Made by a program: the position numbers and the translations under genes. DNA of 64,000 nt. Source: an uncultured Desulfobacteraceae bacterium (GTDB lineage: Bacteria; Desulfobacterota; Desulfobacteria; Desulfobacterales; JALSRD01). The notes beneath the pieces were generated by a model, which ran no database searches, had not been told where the DNA came from, and saw nothing but the letters and a program-made list of their open reading frames with translations. This document shows, piece after piece, positions 11,218-20,300 of the stretch. The stretch covers positions 14,980-78,979 of the forward strand of contig CAYZCL010000073.1 of NCBI GenBank assembly GCA_964476595.1, in the 5' to 3' direction. How positions within the stretch are numbered: the stretch's first letter is position 1; every line of letters starts with the position of its first letter.

Positions 11218-12010
11218 CTCCTGTGGGAAAAGGGTTCGGGTGCTGCGCTTTTCCTCCGGCGGTCCGGATGATCACGCACCCGCCGCTGCCGTAACCGAAC
11301 CTGCGGAACAGCGGGTTGTAGTCGGCGCTCAGCGAACGGTAGAAGACGTCCAGCCCGACGCGGTAGGGACCGGGAGCCTCGGGGTCCACGTCCAGCAGGC
11401 TGACCAGGGAGTGGTGCGCGTCGAAGGCCCCCACCGGCGAGATGTGGGGAATGTGCAGCGTGCGCAGCACCTCGCCCTGGTCGAAATGGGCGATGACGAT
11501 CCGGTCCCCCCGGCTTTCGAACGATGCCAGGTGCCCCGCCAGCGCCCGTCGGATGCGGCCGGCCCGCCGGGAATCCTTGACGGCCCGGAGCACTTCCACG
11601 CAGCGGTATTCGATGCCGTAGGCCTTCAGGCTGCTCTCGACGATGCGGGCCAGCAGCGGCAGGGGCAGGCCGCGTCGACCATTATCGCCCGCGGGGCTCA
11701 TGCGCTGTTTCCAGTGGGCCGTGCCCACCGTGTCCAGCAGTTCGGCCTGGGTCACGGGCCGCGTCAGACGCCCGTTGGTCTCCAGCAGCGCGTTGATCAC
11801 GGTGGCCACAGTGGCCACCGAACAGGAGGCGGCGTTGAACTGGCGCACGTAGTGTTTCCACAAGGCGCATTTCAGGCCGTTGCCCGTTTCCGGGCAGGCG
11901 TTTTGCAGGGGCTGCACCAGCGGCCGTCCGAAGGCCCCGCGACCCGCGGCACGCTCGAACAGGTGGCACAGGCGAAGCCAGGCGAACAGAACGCTTCTGA
12001 GCAGGCGCAT
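11192..12010 (-). CDS. Phytochelatin-synthase-like (papain-fold gamma-glutamylcysteine transpeptidase/hydrolase) protein
   Basis: 272 aa. QFNAASCSVATVATVINAL matches the PCS catalytic Cys region. PHISPVGAFDAHHSLVSLLDVD matches the His and Asp region (GHFSPIGGY...D..LILDV in plant and cyanobacterial PCS). It has a hydrophobic N-terminus. The 3' end overlaps the nitroreductase start. Confidence 0.7.
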   Translation of the reverse strand: MRLLRSVLFAWLRLCHLFERAAGRGAFGRPLVQPLQNACPETGNGLKCALWKHYVRQFNAASCSVATVATVINALLETNGRLTRPVTQAELLDTVGTAHWKQRMSPAGDNGRRGLPLPLLARIVESSLKAYGIEYRCVEVLRAVKDSRRAGRIRRALAGHLASFESRGDRIVIAHFDQGEVLRTLHIPHISPVGAFDAHHSLVSLLDVDPEAPGPYRVGLDVFYRSLSADYNPLFRRFGYGSGGCVIIRTAGGKAQHPNPFPTGDAHDNADR

Positions 12011-12023
12011 GGGCAGATCCGTT

Positions 12024-12500
12024 TCAGGAGATGGCCACCGTTTCCGCGGCGGTGGCCCGCAGCAGCTCGGCGGCGGTCAGTTCCATCATGGCGTCCAGGT
12101 CGCCGCCGCCGCCGAAGATCGTGTCCTGGCGGGTGACGGCCGGGTCGAGCAGCGTGCGCAGCTTTCGCCGGTGGCCGAAGGGCGGCATGCTACCCACCAC
12201 GAAACCGGTGATTTCCAGGGCCTGTTCGGCGGTGGCGAACTTGACGCGGCGCCGGCTCATGTCGAGCGCGGCGGCCAGTTTGCGGCGGTCCACGCGGGCC
12301 AGGCCGTTGTTGATCACCAGCAGGGGCAGGCCATCGGCCACGAAGACCAGTGATTTGATGATCTGGTCGGTGGCCACCTTCAGCACCCGGGCCGCGTCTT
12401 CCACTGTGGCCGTGTGCTCGTCCAGGCGCAGGATGGCGGCCCGGATTCCGTTGCGTTCGATGTAGCGCTGCAGGTCGGCGCTTTTCAAGGGTGTATTCAT
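12024..12500 (-). CDS. YbaK/ProX-type aminoacyl-tRNA deacylase
   Basis: Track ORF 12024..12632 trimmed to MNTPLKSADLQRY. The pattern IIKSLVF...GFVVGSMPPFG is typical of YbaK/EbsC. Confidence 0.75.
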   Translation of the reverse strand: MNTPLKSADLQRYIERNGIRAAILRLDEHTATVEDAARVLKVATDQIIKSLVFVADGLPLLVINNGLARVDRRKLAAALDMSRRRVKFATAEQALEITGFVVGSMPPFGHRRKLRTLLDPAVTRQDTIFGGGGDLDAMMELTAAELLRATAAETVAIS

Positions 12501-12672
12501 GCCCCTGAAAATACATGCTGCACGTCCGGGACGCAAGCTTTTCGGCAGGCGGGGGATGTCGGGGGGATCGTCGGGCGGACGGGGGAAGCGCCCTTTGCGG
12601 GGGCGGCGTGCCTTCGCACCGGACCGTGGCACCCTCTTCCCGGACCCGTGCGGCCCGTTCCAGTCGACGGCT

Positions 12673-14217
12673 TCACCGGCGGTAGAGCCGGTAGAAAAAC
12701 AGCCCGTTGTAGCCCGGGTTTACGGAAAAGCCCTTGACCGAGGAACGCTTGACGATGCGGCTGCGGATGTCGGCGTAGAAAATGGCGGGGGCGTCCTCGA
12801 CGATGAGCTTCTGCGCCTCCTCGTAAGCCCTGATAGCGGCGGGGCGGTCGGTGCCCTCCATTTTTCGCCCTTTTTCGATCAGGGCATCCACCCGGGGGTT
12901 GGAGTAGTGCGAGAGGTTGAAGATCGCCTTTTCCTCGGTCTTGAACATGCCGGTCAGCCAGTCGCCGGGGCTGGGGTAGGTGGGCCACCAGGTCATGGAC
13001 TGCAGGTTGGGGGCCGTTTTCAGGTTCCTGGCCTTTTCCCGGATGGTGCCCCAGGGACCCGGCAGCAGGTCCAGTTCGACCCCGATCCTGGCCAGGTTGG
13101 CCTGCAGCAGCCGCGCGCAGTTTTCATACTCCTGGGAGGCGGCGATGTAGGCCAGGGAGAGTTTGAGTTTGTCGGCGGGAATGCCGCTTTCCCGGATCAG
13201 CCGGGCGGCCTTCCTGAGGTTGAAATCGTATTTGGGCAGGTCGGGATTGTGTCCCCACATGGTCATGGGTACAGGGCCATCGCCTCTGGAGGCCAGACCG
13301 TGGTAGATGGACTCGATGACCGCATCGTAGTCCCAGGCGTAGCAGAGGGCCCTGCGGATCTTGAGATTGTCGGTGGGGAATTTCTGCGTGTTGATCAGGA
13401 ACATGGTGTTTTTCCACGAATTGGGGGTGAGTACTTCGACCCCGGGGGCCTTCTTCAGGGCCTGCAGGGCGTCCACCGGCACCAGCGAGGCGAAATCGGC
13501 TTCACCGCTCTTGATCATCCGGACCTGGGTGGATTTTTCACGCACCACCTTGATGATGATATGGTCGAAGTGCCTGCCGGACCAGCCGCCCCAGTAGTCG
13601 TCGAACTTATTCAGTACCACCTGTCGGCCTTTTTCCCAGGAGGCCACCCGATAAGGGCCGGTGCCGGCGTCGTGGCCTTGCATGAACCAGCCGGTGCCCT
13701 TTTCGGCCGACCTGGGGGAGAAGATATAGGCCCCGTACTGGGAGGAGGCGATCAGGTCGATGGGGGCCGGTTCCCTGAGAATGAACTGCACGGTGAAGTC
13801 GTCCACTACCTTGATTTCTCCGACGGCCGACCAGATGTAGTGGGCCCCCCTCTTCATTTTCATGGTGCGCTCGATGCTGTGTTTGACGGCCGCGGCGTTG
13901 AAGGGTTCGCCGTCGTGGAATTTGACGCCCCTGCGTAGGTAAAAGGTCCACCTCAGGCCGTCGGAAGATTTTTCCCAGGAGGTGGCCAGGGCGGGGCGCA
14001 GCTGCTTGACTGATCCGGGCGGATTGTACCACACCAGCGGCTCGTAGACCCCCTGCAGCATGATAATTTCCATGGAAAACGCCACCGAGGGGTCCCAGTC
14101 CCCGATGTCGGCGTAGGCCGCATAAACCAGGGTGTCCTTCGAACCACCGGCGGCCAGCCCCGCCGTGGGGGACACCATCAGCACCACTATGAGAAAAAGA
14201 CATGCGGCCTGTTTCAT
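12673..14217 (-). CDS. ABC transporter substrate-binding protein, family 5 (peptide/nickel type), with no adjacent permease or ATPase
   Basis: Track ORF trimmed to MKQAACLFLIVVLMVSPTAGLAAG (signal peptide). SBP_bac_5-like throughout. Confidence 0.85.
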   Translation of the reverse strand: MKQAACLFLIVVLMVSPTAGLAAGGSKDTLVYAAYADIGDWDPSVAFSMEIIMLQGVYEPLVWYNPPGSVKQLRPALATSWEKSSDGLRWTFYLRRGVKFHDGEPFNAAAVKHSIERTMKMKRGAHYIWSAVGEIKVVDDFTVQFILREPAPIDLIASSQYGAYIFSPRSAEKGTGWFMQGHDAGTGPYRVASWEKGRQVVLNKFDDYWGGWSGRHFDHIIIKVVREKSTQVRMIKSGEADFASLVPVDALQALKKAPGVEVLTPNSWKNTMFLINTQKFPTDNLKIRRALCYAWDYDAVIESIYHGLASRGDGPVPMTMWGHNPDLPKYDFNLRKAARLIRESGIPADKLKLSLAYIAASQEYENCARLLQANLARIGVELDLLPGPWGTIREKARNLKTAPNLQSMTWWPTYPSPGDWLTGMFKTEEKAIFNLSHYSNPRVDALIEKGRKMEGTDRPAAIRAYEEAQKLIVEDAPAIFYADIRSRIVKRSSVKGFSVNPGYNGLFFYRLYRR

Positions 14218-14352
14218 GATCCTCCTCCTTTCTCGGGTCGCAGGGACAGCCTCCGGCAGGCGGCCGCAGGTGATACCCATATAATATCATACGAACATAT
14301 TTGCCAGCCGCTTTTTTTGCAGATGCTGTTGCCTGACCCTGCGGAAGGGCAG

Positions 14353-14368
14353 GGGCCATTGCTTGCAT
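14353..14368 (+). promoter_or_regulatory. Possible sigma-54 (-24/-12) promoter
   Basis: GGGGCCATTGCTTGCAT has GG (14354-55) and GC (14365-66) at the canonical 11-nt register and a TTGCA -12 element. The -24 element is imperfect (GGCCAT versus GGCACG). It lies about 100 nt upstream of the small ORF at 14467. Confidence 0.3.
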
Positions 14369-14466
14369 TCCCGACCCGTTGCGGTTATATATAGCCCCAG
14401 TTTTCAAGGGGAGCGGGTGCCGCCGGCATCCCGGCAGGCAGGGGAAACTCTACGATGGAGGTAAGC

Positions 14467-14724
14467 ATGGCCAAGGAAAAAGTGAAACATCTCAATGGCG
14501 TACTGGCTTCGTTTTTTGCCCATACCGGGCACATTTCCAAGGATGACGCCAAAGAGATCAGCGGGCTCAAGGAACACGAATTCGAGAAGGCCTACGAAAA
14601 GGCGGCGCGTATCTCCGAGAAGGTCATGACGACCGAGGGCGAGAAACTGGACAAGTTTCTGGAGCACTTTGCCAAGGAAATCGAAGAGGTCATGGACAAC
14701 TTCGGCGGCAAGCTGTTCAAGTAG
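14467..14724 (+). CDS. Small Lys/Glu-rich hypothetical protein (85 aa)
   Basis: SD GGAGG sits 5 nt before ATG 14467. The sequence MAKEKVKHLNGVLASFFAHTGHISKDDAKEISGLKEHEFEKAYEKAARISEKV... has protein-like helical composition. The gene lies in a locally lower-GC pocket. Confidence 0.55.
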   Translation: MAKEKVKHLNGVLASFFAHTGHISKDDAKEISGLKEHEFEKAYEKAARISEKVMTTEGEKLDKFLEHFAKEIEEVMDNFGGKLFK

Positions 14725-14768
14725 AACCGCCTCGTGCGGGCAGGAACACCAGACGGGGCCGATGGCAC

Positions 14769-16949
14769 CTATTTGACCCAGTGCAGCACGTTGCGGATCA
14801 CGCACCAGCGCGGTTTCTTCTTTTCGGCGCCTTTGCCCAGGATCCAGCGGTCATAGGCTTCACGGGCACGATTGCTGTTTTTCATGACAGTCAGCCAGTT
14901 GTTGAGGTAAACCAGCAGGTTCTGGTTGCCCATGGCCACGCCGTAGCCCACCGGGAAGGTGGAGATTTTGGGTTTGGGAATCACCACGCCGTACTTGGGG
15001 TAGAGCAGCGACCAGGCAGACCCGGCCTCGGCGCTGATGGCCAGCGCGTCCCACGTACCGATGTTGCCCTCGAAGAACTGCAGGTACGAACTGATGGGCT
15101 CGATGGTAGCCTTGGGAAAGTTCTCCTTGATGCGTTTGATCAGGTACTCGTCGTTGAGCACGGCGATGGTCAGGTCGTCGCGCTGGCGGATCTCGTCGAT
15201 GTCGGCGAACTCCTGCTTGCGGTAGTCGGGCACCACGAAGGAGTAGGTCAGCTCCAGGCTGGGGTTGGTGAAGCTGATGTGGTCGAAACGGCTGGGGGTC
15301 ATGGCCACCCCGCCCATGGCCACGTCGATCTGCCCCTTCTGGATCATTTCCACCAGCCGGTCGTAGCGATAGGGAATGAAGACGATGTCGATCCCCATGT
15401 CCTGCTGCAGCTCGTAGGCCATGTCCACGTCGTAGCCCACCAGTTCCCCGGCCTGGTTGAAAAAAGTGAACGGCAGCGCGTCTTCGCTGTAGCCCACGTA
15501 GAGGAATCCGCGTTTGCGGATCTGCCCCAGTGTGCTGGGCTTGCCGGGGGCCGGGGGCAGCTTCTCGGCGCGTTTGTAGACCTTGGCTTTGAGGGGGACG
15601 TCCAGCACGTGCATGCGTTCGAGCACCTTATCGCGGTCGTACTTGTTCTCAACGGCGAAGTCGAAGTAGATGCGGCAGAGGAAGACGGCCGCAAGGCTGG
15701 CGATGACACAGATCACCCCCACGTGAATGACTTTTTTGAGGTAGCAGCGTCCCGTTTCCGTCATGGCACTGGTGGTCAGCAGCGTGAACACCAGCAGGTG
15801 CATGGCCGCCAGCAGGGTGGAGGTGCGCCCGTTGATGACGCCCGTCACCACGTAGAGCTGGTACATGTCTGCCGGCAGGTGCAGCAGGTTGAGCATGAAC
15901 GGCAGGGCCACGTCCACCCCGCCGAAGAAGGACAACAGGCCGGAGATGACGAAAGTGGGATACTGATTGAGCGCCAGGCTGCTGCCGGTGAACCACCCGG
16001 CAAAGGGGATGAACAGCAGCATAATGAGCTTGCCGGTGTTGGGGAAGTTGAACGACACGGGGATCATGACGTCGATGTAGATGTCGGTGTCCTCCCGCTC
16101 CATGTCGTACTGCTTGAACAGGGTCTTGCAGGCCTCGGTGAGCACCGGCAGCACCACGAAAAGGTTCCCTGTGGTGAAGGCTGTGATCAGCGCGTCGCGC
16201 GACAGGCGCATGATGTCGCCGTACTTGAAGGGCGTGCAGGGCTTGAGCAGCAGGGGAAGAATCAGGAAGCACAGCAGCAGCGCGGCCACGTTATAGCTCA
16301 CCAGGTAGACCTGCAGGCGGCCGAACTCCTCCACGCTCATGGTGCCGGCGGCGCTGGCCGAGATGGCGAAGACGCCGATGGGCGTCAGTTTAACCACCAT
16401 GCCGGTCACCTTCATCAAGGCCTCCGATGCGGTGCCCAGGGTGGCCAGGAAGGTGTCCTTCTTCTTGATGCCGATAACGGCGATGCCCACCAGCAGGCTG
16501 AACAGCACCACGGCCGGCACGATGTTGTTGGCCATGGCGTTGAAGGGGTTCGACGGGATGTAGAGGCGCAGGTAATCGATCTTGGGTGGCGGCTGGACCA
16601 TGGAGGTGGAGAAGAAGGAGGCCGACTCCCACTTGGGAAACGACAGCGGCATGAGCAGGATGATGGCGAAGACGATCACCCAGAACATCAGCTGCAGCAC
16701 GCCGGCCTTGACGGCCAGCATTCCGGCCTGGTCGTAGCGCAGACTGCCGATGGCCAGGATCAGCGAGACGATGATGTAGGGCAGGATGGTCATCTGCAGC
16801 AGGCCGATGAAGGCGTTGCCGATGATTTCCAGGGGCGCGCAGTATTCGCCGAAGAGGATGCCGCTCAAGATGCCCAGCACCACTCCCAGCAGGATGTAAG
16901 TGGAGAGGGTGAAGCGCTTTTCCCTGTGACGCGTTGGTTTCGCCTTCAT
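14769..16949 (-). CDS. Fusion protein: dicarboxylate/amino acid:cation symporter (DAACS/GltP-like) N-terminal domain plus family-3 periplasmic solute-binding domain
   Basis: Track ORF 14769..17252 trimmed to MKAKPTRHREKRFTLSTYILLGVVLGILSG. About 440 aa are polytopic and SDF-like (LLQMTILPYIIVSL). One extra TM follows, then an SBP_bac_3-like domain (GYDVDMAYEL...GQIDVAMGGVAMTPSR). Confidence 0.8.
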   Translation of the reverse strand: MKAKPTRHREKRFTLSTYILLGVVLGILSGILFGEYCAPLEIIGNAFIGLLQMTILPYIIVSLILAIGSLRYDQAGMLAVKAGVLQLMFWVIVFAIILLMPLSFPKWESASFFSTSMVQPPPKIDYLRLYIPSNPFNAMANNIVPAVVLFSLLVGIAVIGIKKKDTFLATLGTASEALMKVTGMVVKLTPIGVFAISASAAGTMSVEEFGRLQVYLVSYNVAALLLCFLILPLLLKPCTPFKYGDIMRLSRDALITAFTTGNLFVVLPVLTEACKTLFKQYDMEREDTDIYIDVMIPVSFNFPNTGKLIMLLFIPFAGWFTGSSLALNQYPTFVISGLLSFFGGVDVALPFMLNLLHLPADMYQLYVVTGVINGRTSTLLAAMHLLVFTLLTTSAMTETGRCYLKKVIHVGVICVIASLAAVFLCRIYFDFAVENKYDRDKVLERMHVLDVPLKAKVYKRAEKLPPAPGKPSTLGQIRKRGFLYVGYSEDALPFTFFNQAGELVGYDVDMAYELQQDMGIDIVFIPYRYDRLVEMIQKGQIDVAMGGVAMTPSRFDHISFTNPSLELTYSFVVPDYRKQEFADIDEIRQRDDLTIAVLNDEYLIKRIKENFPKATIEPISSYLQFFEGNIGTWDALAISAEAGSAWSLLYPKYGVVIPKPKISTFPVGYGVAMGNQNLLVYLNNWLTVMKNSNRAREAYDRWILGKGAEKKKPRWCVIRNVLHWVK

Positions 16950-17338
16950 GGGTCCTTCCGGTGGCCTGGGGCCGGTGCCGGGGTCGGCAACGGGTGCCGG
17001 TATTCGGCCCCCTCTACCACAAAGCCCGTCGCCTGCAAAGCGCAAAGTGATGGCGGCCGACGCGCCCGGTCCGGGAAACAGCCGGCAGGCACGGCTTTCA
17101 GCCGGCGACGGAGGTTCCCCGCGGCCGCCCCGTGCCGACGGCGCTGCGGCCTGTAAGGTTTGCCCCCGGCGGGCGACAGAATCTGCCGGGCCGGGGACAT
17201 CCGACGCGGTCGGCGGGGCGGCGGCGACCCGGCGCGCGACGGCCGCCCGCAACGCACCGACGGCCTTTGAAGCGCCGCCCGTCGAGACCGGGCAGGCGGT
17301 CCGCCGGCCGTCACGGCCCGTTATTCCAGGAAATCACG

Positions 17339-20300
17339 ATGCAGATACCCGAAAACATACATCGATGGAAGCGCCTCTCGTGGGAAGAGACGCCGATTTA
17401 CGTGTACCCCGAAGGGCCCGACTGGCTGGTGCCCAGCCCCAGCGGTGACCGGCTGTTGCGGCACCTGGCCGCCGGGGGGCATCCCCGGGAGCCGGCGGTG
17501 CTGTCGCAAAACGGCGACAGTGCCATGGCGCTGCTGCGCACTGAGCAGTTCCTGTCCCTGATCCCGCGAGCCAACGGCCGCCCCTACCGGGGGCGGGGCG
17601 CGGTGCTGACGCTGGAACGGCTGCGCGAGTGCTGGCTGCACATCACCGACCGCTGCAACCTGGCCTGCCGGCACTGCCTATTCGCCTGCTCCGCGGCCAC
17701 CCGCACCACCCTGCCGGCGGCGCGCATCGCGCGCGTCGTGTCCCAGGCCTATGCGCTGGGAACGCGCGTTTTCTACCTCACCGGCGGTGAACCGCTGGCG
17801 CACCCGGAGATCGATGCGGTCTGCCGGGAGATCCTGCTGGCGCACGACGACACCCTGCTGGTGATGCTCACCAACGGGCTGCTGATCCCTTCGCGGCAGA
17901 AGCTGCTGACGTCCCTGCCCGCCGACCGCCTGCACCTGCAGGTCAGCGTGGACGGCCTCGAAGCCGTCCACGATCGGCTGCGCGGCCGGGGCGGCTTCGC
18001 GCGGCTGGCGGAGATCATGGCGCGCCTGCCGGAACGGGGCCTGCGGGCGTCGCTGGCCATGGCCGTTCACGCCAGCAACGTGCACCAGATGGCCGACGTG
18101 GTGGACCTGGCCGCCCGCTGGGGGGCCGTGTCGGTGCACTACCTTTGGCTGCTGGTGACCGGCAAGGCGCGCCCGGCGGACTTCGTGGCGCCGCAGACCC
18201 TCTTTGCCCGCCTGGCCGACGCCCGGCAGCGGGCCGTGCGGCGCGGCGTCACCATCGACAACATCAGCACGCTGGAGTCACAGGTCTTCTCAGCGCCGGG
18301 CACGCGCCACGACCTGGGCAACGCCGCCTGGGAATCCCTGGCCGTGGGCCCCGACGGGCGCGTCTTTCCCACGCCGGCCCTGGTGGGGCAGGACGCGGCC
18401 TGCGCCGGTCACATCGACCGCGGGCTCGAACGCGTGTGGCGCGCAAGTCCCCTGTTCGAGGACCTGCGCCGCCGTTCGCTGGTGGACGTGCCCCGTTACG
18501 CGCGCAACCCGCTGCGCTTCCTGGTGGGCGGCGGCGACATCGACCACAGCTTCTACGCCGGCGGCGATTTCATCGGACACGACCCCTACGTGCCGCTGTA
18601 CAACCGCGTGGCCCTGTGGCGCATCGCCGCGGCCGCCCGGCGCGCACGGCGGATGCCCTGGCCCCAGGTGCGGCTGAAGATGGGCGACCGTCTGCTGCAG
18701 TGCCACAGCGCCGGCGACGGCGTGGCGCTGACCCACGCCAACTGCGTGCTGACCCTTTCGGCCACGCACCGCGTGGTGGGCGACTTCTACGCGCGGGCGG
18801 CCCGCGAACCCAGGACCGACATCCGCAACCCGGTCTGCTATCCCGAGGACGACGTGGCACACATCCCGGCCGAGGCGCGCGTGCGCTCCTACGGCTGCGG
18901 CAGCCCGGTGATGGACGCGGCCCTCGCCCCCGGCGAAACCGTGGTGGACCTGGGCAGCGGCACCGGCGTGGAGTGCTTCATCGCCGCGCGCCAAGTGGGC
19001 CCCCGGGGGCGGGTGGTGGGCGTCGACATGCTCGACGACATGCTGGCGCGTGCGCGCGCCGCCGCGTCAAGCGTCTCCCGGCAGCTGGGTTACGACAACG
19101 TCTCCTTCCGCAAGGGGTACCTGGAGGACCTGCCGCTGGAAGATGCCTTCGCCGACGTCGTGCTGTCCAACTGCGTCATCAACCTCAGCGAGGACAAGCG
19201 CCAGACCCTGGCCGAGATCCACCGTATCCTAAAGCCCGGCGGCCGCCTGGTGATCTCCGACGTGGTCACCGACCGGCCCTTTGCGCCGGCCATCGCCAAC
19301 GACCCGGTCCTGCGCGGCGAGTGCATCGCCGGCGCCATGGTGCAGGACCGCCTGCTGTCGCTGCTGGAGGCCGTGGGCTTTGCGAACATCCGCCTGATCA
19401 AACGTTTCTTTTACCGGCGCGTGCGGGGGCACACCTTCTACTCCCTGACGTACGCCGCCGTGCGTCCCGCGCCGCCCGTGCGGCGCAGCGTAATCTATCC
19501 CGGCCCCTACGCCGGCGTGGTCACCGACAGCGGCCGCCTGCTGCTGCGCGGCCGCAAGACCGAGCTGGACTGGAGCGAGCAGGTCGACGACGCCGGCGCC
19601 ATCCTGCTGCTCGACGAGGCGGGCAGCGCGGTCAACACCGCCTCGGAAAACACCTGCGCCTGCCAGGCGCCCCCCGAGGCGCGCGGCAGGGACGGCGGCG
19701 GGGCGCCGGCCGAGGCGCTCATCCCGGCCGCCGACCGCTTCCTGACACCCCCGGGGAAGTCCCGGACCGGCTGCATGCGCTGCGGCGCGCCGCTGGCCTA
19801 CCTGGAACGCGACCGGCCCGAGCGCTGCGTGTTCTGCGGCGAGGTCGGGCCGGCCAACGCGGTGTGCGAGAAGGGGCACTTCGTCTGCGACCGCTGCCAC
19901 AGCCGCGATGCCGTGCACGTGGTGCGGCATCTGTGCCTGACGTCCACCGAGACGGACATGATCGATCTACTCAACCGCATCCGGCGGCACCCGGCGGTGC
20001 CCATGCACGGGCCGGAGCACCACTTCGCCCTGCCCGGCGTGATCGTGGCCGCCTACCGCAACAGCGGCGGGGCCGTCGGCGAGGCCGAGATTCTGTCGGC
20101 CATCGCGCGCGGGAGCGGCGTGCCCGGCGGCAGCTGCGGCTTCTGGGGCGCCTGCGGCGCGGCCCTTGGGGTGGGCATCGCCTTCGCCCTGCTGCTGGAG
20201 AGCAACCCCGTCAAGGCCGACCAGCGCCAGATCGCGCAGCACGTCACCGCGCAGCTGCTGCAGGCGTCGTCAGAGATCAAGGCCGCCCGCTGCTGCCAGC

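Noticed and set aside
12630-12650. A perfect TGGCAC hexamer (sigma-54 -24-like) in the YbaK/SBP intergenic region.
   Set aside because: The -12 position reads TCCC rather than TTGC, and the element points towards the 3' end of a convergent gene with nothing to transcribe.
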